From NCBI GenBank assembly GCA_963665325.3, contig OZ224045.1:1792001-1856000 (forward strand): 64,000 bases of DNA, in the 5' to 3' direction. The stretch is from Alphaproteobacteria bacterium (lineage in GTDB: Bacteria; Pseudomonadota; Alphaproteobacteria; Bin95). The stretch's first letter is position 1, and every line of letters starts with the position of its first letter. Below, one piece after another: positions 46,223 through 59,817 of the stretch. The position numbers and the translations under genes are program-made. The notes beneath the pieces were generated by a model. That model was not told the DNA's origin. It searched no databases and was given only the letters and a program-made list of their open reading frames with translations.

Positions 46223-48292
46223 CCCAAGTTTAACGTTTTGGTGGCCGATTTTGTCGAGGTTGGCCGGCGCGGTGTCATCAAGCCATTGATATTGCTGGAT
46301 TGAGGTTTCCGGGGGCGCAATGTAGTGCCATAATATTTTCACTTGGGGATTTCGAGACCTTGCGCCCGCTCCTATGCTGTGCGCCATGTTCATTCGCCGC
46401 ACCAGGACCGGAACCGGCGAGCGCGGCGAGGTCTATTATTCCCATCGCCTTGTTCGCTCGGAGCGCGACGGCGGGAAGATCCGCCAGCGCACCCTGCTCA
46501 ACCTGGGGAGCGACTTCCCTGTCGAGCGGCGGCACTGGGCGGTGCTGTGCAGCCGGATCCAGCAGCAGCTCGACCGCCAGGCCGAGCTGGTTTCGCTGTC
46601 CTGTCCGGAGGAGGTCGAGCGGCACGCCCAGCGCATCGCCGCGCAATTGCTCAACAGCGCGCCGTCCGGCGGGACCGGGCGCCCTGACCTGCAGACGGTG
46701 GATGTCGGCTCCCTGGAGCTGATCCGCCCGCGTTCGGTCGGCGTCGAGCATGTCGGGCTGTGGGCCATGGAGCGGCTCGGCCTGGAGGCTTTGCTGGAGC
46801 GCCTGGGCTTCAACGGCACGCAGCGCGCGCTCGCCATGGCCACCGTGATCGCGCGCATGGCGGCGCCGGGCTCGGAGCGCGCCTCCTGGCGCTGGCTGTG
46901 CGAGCGTTCGGCGCTCGGCGAGTTGCTGGGGGTGGACTTCGAGCGCATGAGCATGATGCGCCTGTACCGCGCCTCCGACGCCCTGATGGCGCAGCGCGCG
47001 GCGATCGAGGCGCATCTGTTCGATCGGGCGACGGATCTGTTCGGCCTGCGCCACACGGTGACGCTGTACGACCTGACCAACACCTTCTTCGAGGGCGCGG
47101 CGGCGGCCCAGGCCAAGGCCGAACGCGGCCATTCCAAGGAGAAGCGCTCGGATTGCCCGCTCTTGACCCTGGGGCTGGTGCTCGACGGCTCGGGCTTCGT
47201 GCGCCGCTCCGAGGTGTTCTCGGGCGCGGTCAACGAAGACAGGACCCTGGCGTCGATGCTCGGCGCCCTGGGCGCGCCGGCGGACGCGCTGGTGGTGATG
47301 GATGCGGGGATCGCCACCGAGGCCAACATCGCCTGGCTGCGCGCGAACGGCTACCGCTATCTCGCGGTCAGCCGGGAACGCACCCGCCGCTTCGATCCCG
47401 AGCTGGCGCTGGCCATCGAGACCCGGTCGCGCCAGACGGTCCATGTCCACAAGGCGGTCGACGCCGAAGCTGGAGAGGCGCGGCTCTACTGCTACTCCGA
47501 GGCGCGGGCGAAGAAGGAACAGGGCATCGCAAACCGCTTCGCCGCGCGCTTCGAGGGCGAGATGCAGAAGCTCCACGACGGCCTCAAGCGGCCGCGCACC
47601 CGCAAGCGGCTCGACCATGTCTGGCAGCGGATCGGCCGGATCAGGGAGAAGAGCCGCGGCGCCGCGGCCCACTACGACATCGACGTCATCGCCGACGAAA
47701 GCGGCGAGAAGGCCCGGGCCGTCACATGGGAGCGCCGCCCGCTCGCCGGCACCATGGCCACCCATCCCGGCGTTTACTGCCTGCGCACCAACGTCGAGGA
47801 CTGGGACGAGGAGGCGCTGTGGCGGACCTATACCTCGCTCACCGATGTGGAGGCGGTGTTCCGATCGCTCAAGTCGGAACTCGGCCTGCGCCCCATCTTC
47901 CACCAGACCCAGAGGCGCTCCGACGGCCACCTGTTCATCACCGTGATCGCCTACCAGATGGTGCAGACCATCCGCCGGCGCCTCGCCGAGCACGGCGAAC
48001 ACGCCAGCTGGGCCAGCCTGCGAGCCATCCTCGAAGGCCAGCAGCGGGTCACCGCGACCTTCAGGCGCAAGGACGGACGCACCTTGCATGTCCGCAAGGC
48101 CACACGGGCCGAGCCCGAACAGCAAGAAATCTATCGCGCGCTCGGCATCGACCCCGCCCCTGGAGGCATCAGGAAAATGATCGTCTGATCCCGAACCGGG
48201 CGAAATAACCGAAATGTAGTGCCAGACGCGAAATTATTGCTCCGTAAGGCATTGATAATCAATGATCTTCAAAATGCTCTGTTAAACTTGGG
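46223..48292 (+). mobile_element. IS1634-family insertion sequence
   Basis: 12-bp IRs CCCAAGTTTAAC/GTTAAACTTGGG; CTAA duplicated (46219-46222, 48293-48296). Confidence 0.9.
46386..48188 (+). CDS. IS1634-family transposase
   Basis: QRTLLNLG, LYDLTNTFFEG, GHSKEKRSD, VMDAG, VEAVFRSLKSELGLRPIFH. Confidence 0.92.
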   Translation: MFIRRTRTGTGERGEVYYSHRLVRSERDGGKIRQRTLLNLGSDFPVERRHWAVLCSRIQQQLDRQAELVSLSCPEEVERHAQRIAAQLLNSAPSGGTGRPDLQTVDVGSLELIRPRSVGVEHVGLWAMERLGLEALLERLGFNGTQRALAMATVIARMAAPGSERASWRWLCERSALGELLGVDFERMSMMRLYRASDALMAQRAAIEAHLFDRATDLFGLRHTVTLYDLTNTFFEGAAAAQAKAERGHSKEKRSDCPLLTLGLVLDGSGFVRRSEVFSGAVNEDRTLASMLGALGAPADALVVMDAGIATEANIAWLRANGYRYLAVSRERTRRFDPELALAIETRSRQTVHVHKAVDAEAGEARLYCYSEARAKKEQGIANRFAARFEGEMQKLHDGLKRPRTRKRLDHVWQRIGRIREKSRGAAAHYDIDVIADESGEKARAVTWERRPLAGTMATHPGVYCLRTNVEDWDEEALWRTYTSLTDVEAVFRSLKSELGLRPIFHQTQRRSDGHLFITVIAYQMVQTIRRRLAEHGEHASWASLRAILEGQQRVTATFRRKDGRTLHVRKATRAEPEQQEIYRALGIDPAPGGIRKMIV

Positions 48293-48296
48293 CTAA

Positions 48297-48603
48297 GAAT
48301 GTTGCCATGCGCGGCCGGCGGATCACGGGGCAACAAGCCTTCGACTGGGGCCTCGCCTGCGAACTGGTTGAGGATTCGGAGCTCGAGGCGGCGACGGACG
48401 CGCTGGCCGAGGAGCTGCGCCGCTTCTCCCCGCTCGCCCAGCGCACGCTGAAGCAGGTGTTCAACGCCGGCGAGAACGCGCCGCTCGAACAGGCGATGGA
48501 GATCGAGGGCCAAGCCTACGGACGGCTGCGCATGAGCGCCGATTTCGCCGAGGGCGTCGCCTCCTTCGTCGAAAAACGCCGCCCGCAGTTCACGGGCGAA
48601 TAG
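48297..48603 (+). pseudogene. Enoyl-CoA hydratase 3' fragment
   Basis: Joins in frame: GISRAK-NVAMRGRRI..DFAEGVASFVEKR. Confidence 0.9.
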
Positions 48604-48624
48604 CGTCCCCTTCGCTGCCTCGCC

Positions 48625-51207
<2,583 letters not shown>

Positions 51208-51283
51208 ATGTCCGTCTCCGTCTCCAGACGCGAGCCTCTGGCGGGAGGACCGCAACCTGCGCGCCGCTCCCGCTCGAAGACGG

Positions 51284-51312
51284 ATATGGGAACCGCCGCC
51301 GGCGCCTGCAAG
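51284..51312 (-). promoter_or_regulatory. RpoH-like promoter of clpB
   Basis: Minus strand CTTGCA-N16-CCCATAT. Confidence 0.65.
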
Positions 51313-51343
51313 AAAATGCGCCGCGTCCGCGTGGAACCGGAAC

Positions 51344-51865
51344 TCAGGCTGCGCCGGCTGCCGCTTCTTCGGCCGAAGCGCTTTCCGCCGCCGGTGTCGC
51401 CGCGCCGGACTCTGCGGCAGCCTCCTCGACCGGAGCATTGCGCTGGCGGCGGCGGCGGCGGGGGCGAACGCCGCCCGCCTCGCTTCCCTCGGCTTCAGAC
51501 GACCTGTCGGCAGCTTCGCGGTCGGGCCGGGCCTCAGCCTCGGCTTCCTGAGCAGAGTCGCCGCTGCGCGAAGCCTCCGCAGGCCCCTGGTGCGGCTGCT
51601 GCTGCGCCGGGGGCGGCGCGAACTGGGCTACAAGGCGCTGATAGTGCTCGGCATGCTGGAACAGGTTTTCCGCTAGAACCGAATCACCGCTGGACTGGGC
51701 GTCGCGCGCCATCGCCAGATAGCGGTCGAGGATCTGCTGCGCAGTGCCGCGCACCCGTCCTTCCGGTCCATTGCTTTCGAGAGCCTGGTTGCGGTGGGCG
51801 GGTGCACGCCCGCTGCGCATATTGTTACGGCCGCGTGAGCGCCGGGGTGGCATGTTTTGTTTCAT
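51344..51865 (-). CDS. DUF4167 domain protein
   Basis: [35 protein letters not shown]; usual position upstream of clpB. Confidence 0.88.
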   Translation of the reverse strand: MKQNMPPRRSRGRNNMRSGRAPAHRNQALESNGPEGRVRGTAQQILDRYLAMARDAQSSGDSVLAENLFQHAEHYQRLVAQFAPPPAQQQPHQGPAEASRSGDSAQEAEAEARPDREAADRSSEAEGSEAGGVRPRRRRRQRNAPVEEAAAESGAATPAAESASAEEAAAGAA

Positions 51866-52175
51866 CTGCACTCTGTATCTAGAGGCGGTCATACACGGCG
51901 CCCGGCCAACGGCCTCAAATTCGCACCGTTCCGGCTCCGCTGCTCAAGCTGCATCCCGGAGCCCGACGCCAAGTTAGCCCGGAAGTTGGCTTTTGCAAAC
52001 CCTCCTTGTTGCGGGTGTCGCTGAAGAAGGACAAGCGGCCTCGTTCCCCCGGGAACCCGGACAGACCCACGATATGTCATGAAGTATCGCAACTGCCCGG
52101 GCGGAATGGGTTGGCAGAACGGAGCGGGGCCGACATAATCCTCGTCGCGTCATGCAAACCGGGAGGGGAATAAGC

Positions 52176-53774
52176 ATGGGTAATATCACACGCGCCGCGG
52201 CGTTCGGCCTCGGCGTAGCGATGCTGGCGGGCTATGCCGGCACGGCGCTCGCCCAGAAGGACGGGGGCATCCTGAAATTCTACCACCGGGGCACCCCGCC
52301 CAGCGGCTCGATCCACGAGGAGGCGACCAACTCGACGGTCTCGCCCTATATGGGCGTGTTCAACAACCTCGTCATGTACAAGCAAGACGTGGCGAAGAAC
52401 AGCCTCGACACCATCGTTCCGGACCTCGCGGAGAGCTGGAGCTGGAACGACGATGGCACGGAGCTCACATTCAAGCTCCGCCAGGGCGTCCAATGGCACG
52501 ACGGCAAGCCGTTCACTTCCGCCGATGTCAAGTGCACCTGGGACCTCGTGCTCGGCAAAAGCAAGGCAAAGCTGCGCAAGAACCCGCGCAAGGCCTGGTA
52601 CAAGAACCTAGAGGAAATCACCACGAACGGCGATTTCGAGGCCACCTTCCACCTGAAGCGCCGCCAGCCGGCCTTCATCGCGTTGCTGGCTTCCGGTTAC
52701 TCGCCGGTCTATTCCTGCCATGTGCCGCCGAAGAAGATGCGGACCAACCCGATCGGCACCGGACCGTTCAAGTTCGTCAGCCTGAAGCAGAACGAGCACG
52801 TCAAGTTCACGAAGAACGACAACTACTGGAAAGAAGGCAAGCCGCATCTCGACGGGCATGAGTGGACCATCATCAAGGCCCGTGCGACGCGTGTGCTGGC
52901 CTTCATCGCCGGCGAGTTCGACATGACCTTCAATGTCGATGTGACCGTTCCGCTGCTGAAGGATGTCAGGTCCCAGGCGCCGCATGCGGTCTGCGAACTG
53001 GTCACGACCAACGTCAGCTACAATCTGATCGTGAACCAGGACAACCCGCCTTTCGATAATCCGGACATCCGCAAGGCCATGGTTTACTCGATCGATCGGC
53101 AGGCGTTCATTGACATCATCGCCGACGGGGAGGCTGTGGCCGGCGGAGCGATGATGCCGCCACCGTCGGGCGTCTGGGGCATGCCTCCGGAAGTCTTGGC
53201 GAAGGTCGCCGGCTACGGTCCCGATATCGAGGCGAACCGAGCAGAGGGCCGCAAGATCATGGAAGGCCTCGGCTACGGGCCCGACAACCCGCTCGAAGTG
53301 AAGGTGTCGACCCGGAATATCGCGGTTTATCGCGATGCGGCCGTGATCCTGATCGACCACCTGAAGCATATTCATATCGCCGCGGAACTCGACACGGTCG
53401 AGACCAGCAACTGGCACGCGAAAGTGGCCCGCAAGGACTACATGGTCGGCCTGAACCTGACCGGCTCGGGTGTGGACGATCCGGATGCCAATTTCTACGA
53501 GAACTATTCCTGCGGCTCGCAGCGGAACTATACGGGCTATTGCAAGGAGGAGATGGAGGCGCTGTTCGAGAAGCAGTCGATGATGACCGACCAGGAAGAG
53601 CGCATGAAACTGGTCTGGGAGATCGACAAGAAGCTTCAGGAAGATGCGGCCAGGCCGATGATCATGCACGGCAAAGGAGCCAATTGCTGGCAGCCTTACG
53701 TCAAGGGCTTCGTCACGCACGTGAACAGCCTCTACAACAACTGGCGCCTGGAAGACGTCTGGCTCGACAAGTAG
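52176..53774 (+). CDS. ABC transporter substrate-binding protein, family 5
   Basis: Signal peptide, PDLAESW, WHDGKPFTSADV, GTGPF. Confidence 0.92.
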   Translation: MGNITRAAAFGLGVAMLAGYAGTALAQKDGGILKFYHRGTPPSGSIHEEATNSTVSPYMGVFNNLVMYKQDVAKNSLDTIVPDLAESWSWNDDGTELTFKLRQGVQWHDGKPFTSADVKCTWDLVLGKSKAKLRKNPRKAWYKNLEEITTNGDFEATFHLKRRQPAFIALLASGYSPVYSCHVPPKKMRTNPIGTGPFKFVSLKQNEHVKFTKNDNYWKEGKPHLDGHEWTIIKARATRVLAFIAGEFDMTFNVDVTVPLLKDVRSQAPHAVCELVTTNVSYNLIVNQDNPPFDNPDIRKAMVYSIDRQAFIDIIADGEAVAGGAMMPPPSGVWGMPPEVLAKVAGYGPDIEANRAEGRKIMEGLGYGPDNPLEVKVSTRNIAVYRDAAVILIDHLKHIHIAAELDTVETSNWHAKVARKDYMVGLNLTGSGVDDPDANFYENYSCGSQRNYTGYCKEEMEALFEKQSMMTDQEERMKLVWEIDKKLQEDAARPMIMHGKGANCWQPYVKGFVTHVNSLYNNWRLEDVWLDK

Positions 53775-53875
53775 CCGGGCCGTTTCGACATGCGACGAAC
53801 CGGGGCGTCTTCCGAGGCGCCCCGGTTTTCCTGTAATCGATCTGCTGGCGAAAGCACGGGGAAGGGGGGCAGTCC

Positions 53876-54823
53876 TTGAGCGCCTATATCGTCAAGCGCT
53901 TCCTGTTGATGATCCTGACGCTTGTCGGGATGTCGATCATCATCTTCGTGCTGCTGCGGCTGATGCCCGGCAATATCGTCGATATCATGTTCGACTCCGC
54001 CGGGTTCGTGGATCCGGCGGAAAAGGCGAATATCGAACGTGAGCTGGGCCTCGACCGGCCGATTCCGGTCCAGTATTTCGACTGGATCCGAGGGCTGATC
54101 GTCTGGGACCTGGGCTTCTCCTATGTGTCGGAAATGCCGGTGGTGGACGAGCTTCAGCCGCGGATCCCGATCACGGCCAAACTCGCCGCGCTCTCGCTGT
54201 TCTTCTCGGTCCTGTTCGGGCTGCCGCTCGGCGTCATCAGCGCCGTGCGCCAGAACTCGGCGATGGACTACATCCTGCGCTGCATATCGCTCAGCGGCCT
54301 GTCCCTGCCGTCCTTCTGGCTGGCCCTGCTGATCCTGATGGCCTTCGTTCAATATACCGGGACGATCCCGATCTACATGAACCCGCCGGAGAATCTCTGG
54401 GACGAACTGGTGCTCTACAGCATACCGGCAGCCGCCGTCGGCTTCCGGTCTTCAGCGCTCATCATGCGGCTTACCCGGTCGTCCATGCTGGAAGTGATGC
54501 GCCAGGATTATATCCGCACGGCGCGATCCAAGGGGGCAACCGACAACTCCGTCAACTACCACCATGCACTGAAGAACGCGGTGCTGCCGGTGACGACGAT
54601 CATCGGCATCGAGGCCGCGTTCCTGATCGGCGGGCTCATCATCACCGAAACGGTGTTCAACATTCCGGGCGTCGCGCATTTCCTGGTCGAGGCGATCCTG
54701 ATGCGCGACTACCCGATCGTGCAGAACCTAGTGATGCTGATTGCGCTGGTGACGGTGCTCATCAACTTCCTGGTGGACATGCTCTACGCGGTGCTCGACC
54801 CGAGGATCAAATATGCTGACTGA
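53876..54823 (+). CDS. Peptide/nickel ABC permease (DppB-like)
   Basis: TRSSMLEV..DYIRTARSKG, LDPRI. Confidence 0.92.
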   Translation: MSAYIVKRFLLMILTLVGMSIIIFVLLRLMPGNIVDIMFDSAGFVDPAEKANIERELGLDRPIPVQYFDWIRGLIVWDLGFSYVSEMPVVDELQPRIPITAKLAALSLFFSVLFGLPLGVISAVRQNSAMDYILRCISLSGLSLPSFWLALLILMAFVQYTGTIPIYMNPPENLWDELVLYSIPAAAVGFRSSALIMRLTRSSMLEVMRQDYIRTARSKGATDNSVNYHHALKNAVLPVTTIIGIEAAFLIGGLIITETVFNIPGVAHFLVEAILMRDYPIVQNLVMLIALVTVLINFLVDMLYAVLDPRIKYAD

Positions 54824-54858
54824 CCGACACGCCGATCCGGGTTGCAGGGAGCGCGGCG

Positions 54859-55752
54859 ATGGCTGAGATCGACCATCAAGCCGAATTGGGCCGCGCCGGC
54901 GCGCATGTTACCGGGCACTGGAGCCGGCTCCTGTTCTACATGCGCCAACATCCGCTCGGTGCGATCGGCGCCGTCATCGTGATCGTCTTCGTGTTCTCGG
55001 CGTTGTTTGCCGATGTGATCGCGCCGCGCGACCCGCTGCATACTTCCGCTCCGGATTCTCTGAAAGAGCCCGGAACCGCATTCCTGATGGGGGCCGACAT
55101 GATGGGCCGGGATGTGCTGAGCCGCATCATCCACGGCGCGCGCATTTCGCTTACCGTCGGCGTGGCCTCGATCCTGCTCGGCGGCATGATCGGAATCGTG
55201 ATCGGCCTCATGTCGGGCTACCTGCTGGGCTGGTTCGACCTGCTGATGCAGCGCCTGATCGACATCATGCAGGCCCTGCCTCTGCTCGTGCTGGCGCTTG
55301 TCATGGCGGCCTCGCTTGGGCCGTCGCTGGAAAACACCATCATCGCAATTTCGATACCGCTTGTGCCTAACGTGGCGCGCGTCGTGCGTTCCAGCACGCT
55401 TTCGCTCCGGGAGATGCCCTTCGTGGAGGCGGCGCGGGCGGCGGGCATGAGCGAGATCAGGGTCGCCGTTCGCCATGTGCTGCCGAACACGCTGGCGCCG
55501 CTGATCGTGCTGTTCACGGCGCAGCTCGGCGCGGCGATTCTGGTCGAGGCGTCGCTTTCTTTCCTCGGCCTCGGCGTGCCGGAGCCGCATCCGTCCTGGG
55601 GCCGCATGTTGTCCGAATCGGCAGCGGAATATGTACGGGTCGCGCCCTGGCTGGTGGTATTCCCCGGCATCGCGATCAGCCTCGCCGTATTCGGCACCAA
55701 TCTCTTTGGGGACGCGGTTCGCGACATCCTCGATCCGCGGCAACGGAGTTGA
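54859..55752 (+). CDS. Peptide/nickel ABC permease (DppC-like)
   Basis: [29 protein letters not shown]. Confidence 0.92.
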   Translation: MAEIDHQAELGRAGAHVTGHWSRLLFYMRQHPLGAIGAVIVIVFVFSALFADVIAPRDPLHTSAPDSLKEPGTAFLMGADMMGRDVLSRIIHGARISLTVGVASILLGGMIGIVIGLMSGYLLGWFDLLMQRLIDIMQALPLLVLALVMAASLGPSLENTIIAISIPLVPNVARVVRSSTLSLREMPFVEAARAAGMSEIRVAVRHVLPNTLAPLIVLFTAQLGAAILVEASLSFLGLGVPEPHPSWGRMLSESAAEYVRVAPWLVVFPGIAISLAVFGTNLFGDAVRDILDPRQRS

Positions 55753-55772
55753 GCGGCCATGGGGTTCGAAAC

Positions 55773-56846
55773 ATGACCTCCGACATGACGCCCGCCCTCG
55801 AAGACGAGGCTCCCGTCGCGGCCGAGCGGGCTCTGTCGGGGGAAATCGCGCTCGACGTGAAGGACCTGCAAACCTGGTTCTATACCCGCCAGGGAATCGT
55901 GAAAGCGGTGGACGGCCTTTCCTTCGACCTGAAAAAGGGGGAGACGCTCGGGATCGTCGGCGAGTCCGGCTGCGGCAAGAGCATCACCGCGCTCTCGGTG
56001 ATGCGGCTGGTGCCGGACCCGCCGGGGCGCATCATCGGCGGACGGGTGACGCTGGACGGGCGCGACCTGCTCGATCTCGACGAGTCCGAGATGCGGCTGG
56101 TGCGCGGCAACGACATTTCGATGATCTTCCAGGAGCCGATGACCTCCCTCAACCCGGTGCTGACCATCGGCTACCAAATCGCCGAGGCGCTTATCCTACA
56201 CCGGGACATGAACCGCGCGCAGGCGCTTGCGCGGGCAGTCGAGATGCTCGACATGATGCGCATTCCGGAGGCGGCGCAGCGCGCCAGGGAATACCCGCAC
56301 CAGCTTTCCGGCGGCATGCGGCAGCGGGCGATGATCGCCATGGCGCTCGCCTGCAACCCCAAGGTGCTGATCGCCGACGAGCCGACCACGGCGCTCGATG
56401 TCACCATCCAGGCGCAGATACTCGACCTGATCGTCAGCCTGCAGCAGGAGCTCGGCACGGCCGTCATCCTGATCACGCACGATCTGGGCGTGGTCGCGGA
56501 AACGACCCAGCGCATCATCGTCATGTATGCCGGCCGGAAGGTGGAGGAAGCGGATGTCGTGCCGCTGTTCTCCAACCCCATGCACCCCTATACCCACGGC
56601 CTGATGGCTTCGGTGCCGCGCCTTGCCATCATGAGCGGCGCGGACCCGGACGCCGCCGAGCGCCTCGAGGAGATACCGGGCATAGTGCCGCCGCTGAACA
56701 ACCTGCCGCCGGGCTGCGCCTTTGCGCCCCGTTGCCGCTTCGCCGACGACCGCTGCCGGGCCGAATATCCGCCTTATCTGGAAAAGCAGCCCGGCCACTG
56801 GGCCGCCTGCTGGCATTCCGAGCGCCTGTTCGGAGCCGCCTCGTGA
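55773..56846 (+). CDS. ABC ATPase (DppD-like)
   Basis: [25 protein letters not shown]. Confidence 0.93.
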   Translation: MTSDMTPALEDEAPVAAERALSGEIALDVKDLQTWFYTRQGIVKAVDGLSFDLKKGETLGIVGESGCGKSITALSVMRLVPDPPGRIIGGRVTLDGRDLLDLDESEMRLVRGNDISMIFQEPMTSLNPVLTIGYQIAEALILHRDMNRAQALARAVEMLDMMRIPEAAQRAREYPHQLSGGMRQRAMIAMALACNPKVLIADEPTTALDVTIQAQILDLIVSLQQELGTAVILITHDLGVVAETTQRIIVMYAGRKVEEADVVPLFSNPMHPYTHGLMASVPRLAIMSGADPDAAERLEEIPGIVPPLNNLPPGCAFAPRCRFADDRCRAEYPPYLEKQPGHWAACWHSERLFGAAS

Positions 56847-57832
56847 ACGCCGCTCAGGAAAACGGGGCCGGGCCCTCCGTGCTGGAAGTGGAGGGGCTGA
56901 AGAAGCACTTCCCGGTCAAGAAGGGACTGCTCTCCCGCCATGCCGGCAAGGTCTATGCCGTCGATGGCGTCAGCTTCGAAATCGGGCACGGGGAGACGCT
57001 CGGGCTGGTCGGCGAATCCGGCTGCGGCAAATCCACCGTCGGGCGCACCGTGCTGCGCCTGATCGACCCGACCGAGGGCACGATCCGCCTCAGCGGCCGC
57101 GATGTCACGCATCTCAGCAAGACCGACATGCGTCCGGTGCGGCGCGAGATGCAGATCATCTTTCAGGACCCCTATTCGTCGCTGAACCCGCGTATGTCGG
57201 CGGGCGACATTGTGGGGGAACTGCTGCGGGTCCACGGCCTGGGAACCTCCGCCGAGCGGCAGGAGTGGGTAGCCGAACTGTTCGAGCGGGTCGGCCTCAG
57301 CCGCGCCCAGATGGACAGCTTTCCGCACGAGTTCTCCGGTGGGCAGCGCCAGCGTATCGGCATTGCGCGCGCCCTTGCGCTCAACCCGAAGCTGATCGTT
57401 GGCGACGAGCCAGTCTCGGCGCTCGATGTCTCGATCCAGGCGCAGGTCATCAACCTGCTGATGGACCTGCAGCAGGAGTTCCGGCTTTCCTATCTGTTCG
57501 TGGCTCACGACCTCGCGGTGGTCGAACATATCAGCCATCGGATCGCGGTCATGTATCTCGGCCGCATCGTCGAATACACGGACAAGCGGACACTCTTCAC
57601 CGACCCGCAGCACCCCTATACGGAAGCGCTCCTGTCGGCGGTTCCGGTGCCCGACCCGCGTCTTCGGCGGAAGAAGCTGGTGCTGCAGGGCGACGTACCG
57701 AGCCCGATTAGCCCGCCGTCCGGCTGCCACTTCCACACGCGCTGCCCCTATGCCGAAGAGCGTTGCCGGATCGAGTCCCCGCCACTGCGCGAAATCGCCC
57801 CGGGCCACACGGTCGCCTGCCATCTGCGCTGA
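56843..57832 (+). CDS. ABC ATPase (DppF-like)
   Basis: [24 protein letters not shown]. Confidence 0.93.
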   Translation: MNAAQENGAGPSVLEVEGLKKHFPVKKGLLSRHAGKVYAVDGVSFEIGHGETLGLVGESGCGKSTVGRTVLRLIDPTEGTIRLSGRDVTHLSKTDMRPVRREMQIIFQDPYSSLNPRMSAGDIVGELLRVHGLGTSAERQEWVAELFERVGLSRAQMDSFPHEFSGGQRQRIGIARALALNPKLIVGDEPVSALDVSIQAQVINLLMDLQQEFRLSYLFVAHDLAVVEHISHRIAVMYLGRIVEYTDKRTLFTDPQHPYTEALLSAVPVPDPRLRRKKLVLQGDVPSPISPPSGCHFHTRCPYAEERCRIESPPLREIAPGHTVACHLR

Positions 57833-57940
57833 GGCGGCGGACGGGCCGCGCCGCCTTGACAGCGCCGCCGCCTAGCAAGCAGTCTGCCCGACTGGAAGAG
57901 GGGAGGGCGTTCGTCCCGATGCGCCGCTGGCGAGAGCCAC

Positions 57941-58903
57941 ATGTATAGCTATATCGTGCGCCGCGTGGCGTTCGGCGGAATCACGGTGTTCGGCGTATCG
58001 ATCATCGTGTTCCTCATCATGCGCGTCATGCCGGGCGATCCGCTCACGGCCATTTTCGGGCCCGAGGGCATGACCAAGCTTACCGAGGCGCAACGGCAGA
58101 GCTACATGGAGGAGCTCGGCCTTGCGGACCCGTTGATCGTCCAGTACGCCAACTGGCTCTGGGATATTGCCAAGGGGGAGCTCGGCCGCTCGTTCTTCCG
58201 CGCCGAGAGCGTCGGCGAGATGGTGTTGCGCCGCGGCCCGCTGACAGCGCAGATCGCCATCCTGTCGGTGATCCTCTCCTGGATCCTTGGCATCCCGGTG
58301 GCGATCATAAGCGCGCTGCGCCCCAATACTGCCGCCGACAACACCGCCCGCGTGATCTCGATCACCTGCCTTGCCGTGCCGGGGTTCTGGCTCGGCATGC
58401 TCATCGTGCTGGGCCTCCTGTTCGGCTTCGGCTACCGCGCGCCGCAGACCGCCGCCGGGGCGGGCCTGTTCGAGGACCCCGGAACCGTCCTGCAGATCAT
58501 CATCGGGCCTGCTTTCGTGCTTGCGCTCGGCCAGGCGGCCTATATCGCGCGCATGGCCCGGTCCAGCCTGCTGGAAGTGATCCGTGAGGACTATGTGCGC
58601 ACCGCTAGGGCCAAGGGGCTGAACGGACGCCTCGTGGTCAGCCTTCACGCGCTGCCCAACGCGCTGCTGCCGGTAATCACGCTGTCGGGCATCCTGCTGG
58701 GCTTCGTGCTGGCCGGCTCGATCCCAGTGGAGCGCGCGTTCGGCACGCCGGGCCTCGGCTACGCCATGTTCACGGCGGTCAATGAGCGCGACATCTTCGT
58801 CATGCAGAACCTCGTCTTCCTCTACGCCGGGGTGTTCGTGATGCTGAATATCGCCGTTGACATCATCATCGCCTGGATCGACCCGAGGATCAGATACCGA
58901 TGA
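57941..58903 (+). CDS. ABC permease (DppB-like, second system)
   Basis: RSSLLEV..DYVRTARAKG, IDPRI. Confidence 0.92.
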   Translation: MYSYIVRRVAFGGITVFGVSIIVFLIMRVMPGDPLTAIFGPEGMTKLTEAQRQSYMEELGLADPLIVQYANWLWDIAKGELGRSFFRAESVGEMVLRRGPLTAQIAILSVILSWILGIPVAIISALRPNTAADNTARVISITCLAVPGFWLGMLIVLGLLFGFGYRAPQTAAGAGLFEDPGTVLQIIIGPAFVLALGQAAYIARMARSSLLEVIREDYVRTARAKGLNGRLVVSLHALPNALLPVITLSGILLGFVLAGSIPVERAFGTPGLGYAMFTAVNERDIFVMQNLVFLYAGVFVMLNIAVDIIIAWIDPRIRYR

Positions 58904-59811
58904 ATGCGCCGTCCGAATCCCCGGCTGCGGTTCAGCCGGCCGAAGCTGCGCAGTCGTCGCCTCGCGGCGTGGTGGGGGGCCTTCGCCAGTTCGCGCGGCG
59001 CTCGCCGCTGTCGGCATTCTGGGGCTGCATTGCGCTCCTGATCGTGGCCATGGCGGTGGCCGCGCCGATTATCTCGCCTTACCCGCCGCTGAAATCCGAT
59101 TTCCGGAGTATGCAGAAGGCGCCCTACGAAGAGCATTTATTCGGCACCGACCAGATCGGCCGCGACACGTTGAGCCGTATCATCCACGGCAGCCGCACCT
59201 CCCTGATCGTCGCCTTCGCCGCGGTGCTGCTCGGCACGACGCTCGGCTCGCTCTGGGGCCTGGCTTGTGGCTATCTCGGGGGACGGTTCGACATCGTGAG
59301 CCAGCGCATCATCGAGTTCTTGCAGTCCTTTCCCGACTTGATACTCGCGATGGCGATTGCCATGGCGCTGGGCTCCGGTACAGTGACGGTCATCATTGCC
59401 ATTGCGATCACCCGAATACCGTTCGGCGGGCGCGTGATCCGTTCCGTCGTGCTGTCGCTCAAGGAAATGTCCTTCGTGGAAGCGGCGCGAAGCCTCGGCG
59501 CCTCCAATATGCGCATCATGCTGTTCCATATCCTGCCGCAATGCGTGGCGCCTTACCTGATCCTGGCCACGACCCATCTTGGCGTGGCGATCATCATCGA
59601 GGCCTCGCTCGGCTTCCTCGGCGTCGGCATTCCGCCGCCCGCGCCGACTTGGGGCAACATGCTGGCGGACGCGCTCAATGCCGGCATCGTGCCGCCCTGG
59701 TGGCTGGTGCTGTTCCCCGGCGTGGCGATCACCATCACCGTGCTGGCGTTCAACCTGTTCGGCGATGGTATCCGCGACGTTCTCGACCCGCGCCTGCGCG
59801 GCGCGGTCTGA
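58900..59811 (+). CDS. ABC permease (DppC-like, second system)
   Basis: GTDQIGRD, FVEAARSLGA. Confidence 0.92.
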   Translation: MNAPSESPAAVQPAEAAQSSPRGVVGGLRQFARRSPLSAFWGCIALLIVAMAVAAPIISPYPPLKSDFRSMQKAPYEEHLFGTDQIGRDTLSRIIHGSRTSLIVAFAAVLLGTTLGSLWGLACGYLGGRFDIVSQRIIEFLQSFPDLILAMAIAMALGSGTVTVIIAIAITRIPFGGRVIRSVVLSLKEMSFVEAARSLGASNMRIMLFHILPQCVAPYLILATTHLGVAIIIEASLGFLGVGIPPPAPTWGNMLADALNAGIVPPWWLVLFPGVAITITVLAFNLFGDGIRDVLDPRLRGAV

Positions 59812-59817
59812 GCCGGA

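Noticed and set aside
51900-52150. Riboswitch or ncRNA between DUF4167 and the ABC operon
   Set aside because: No recognisable consensus; explained adequately as a divergent promoter region
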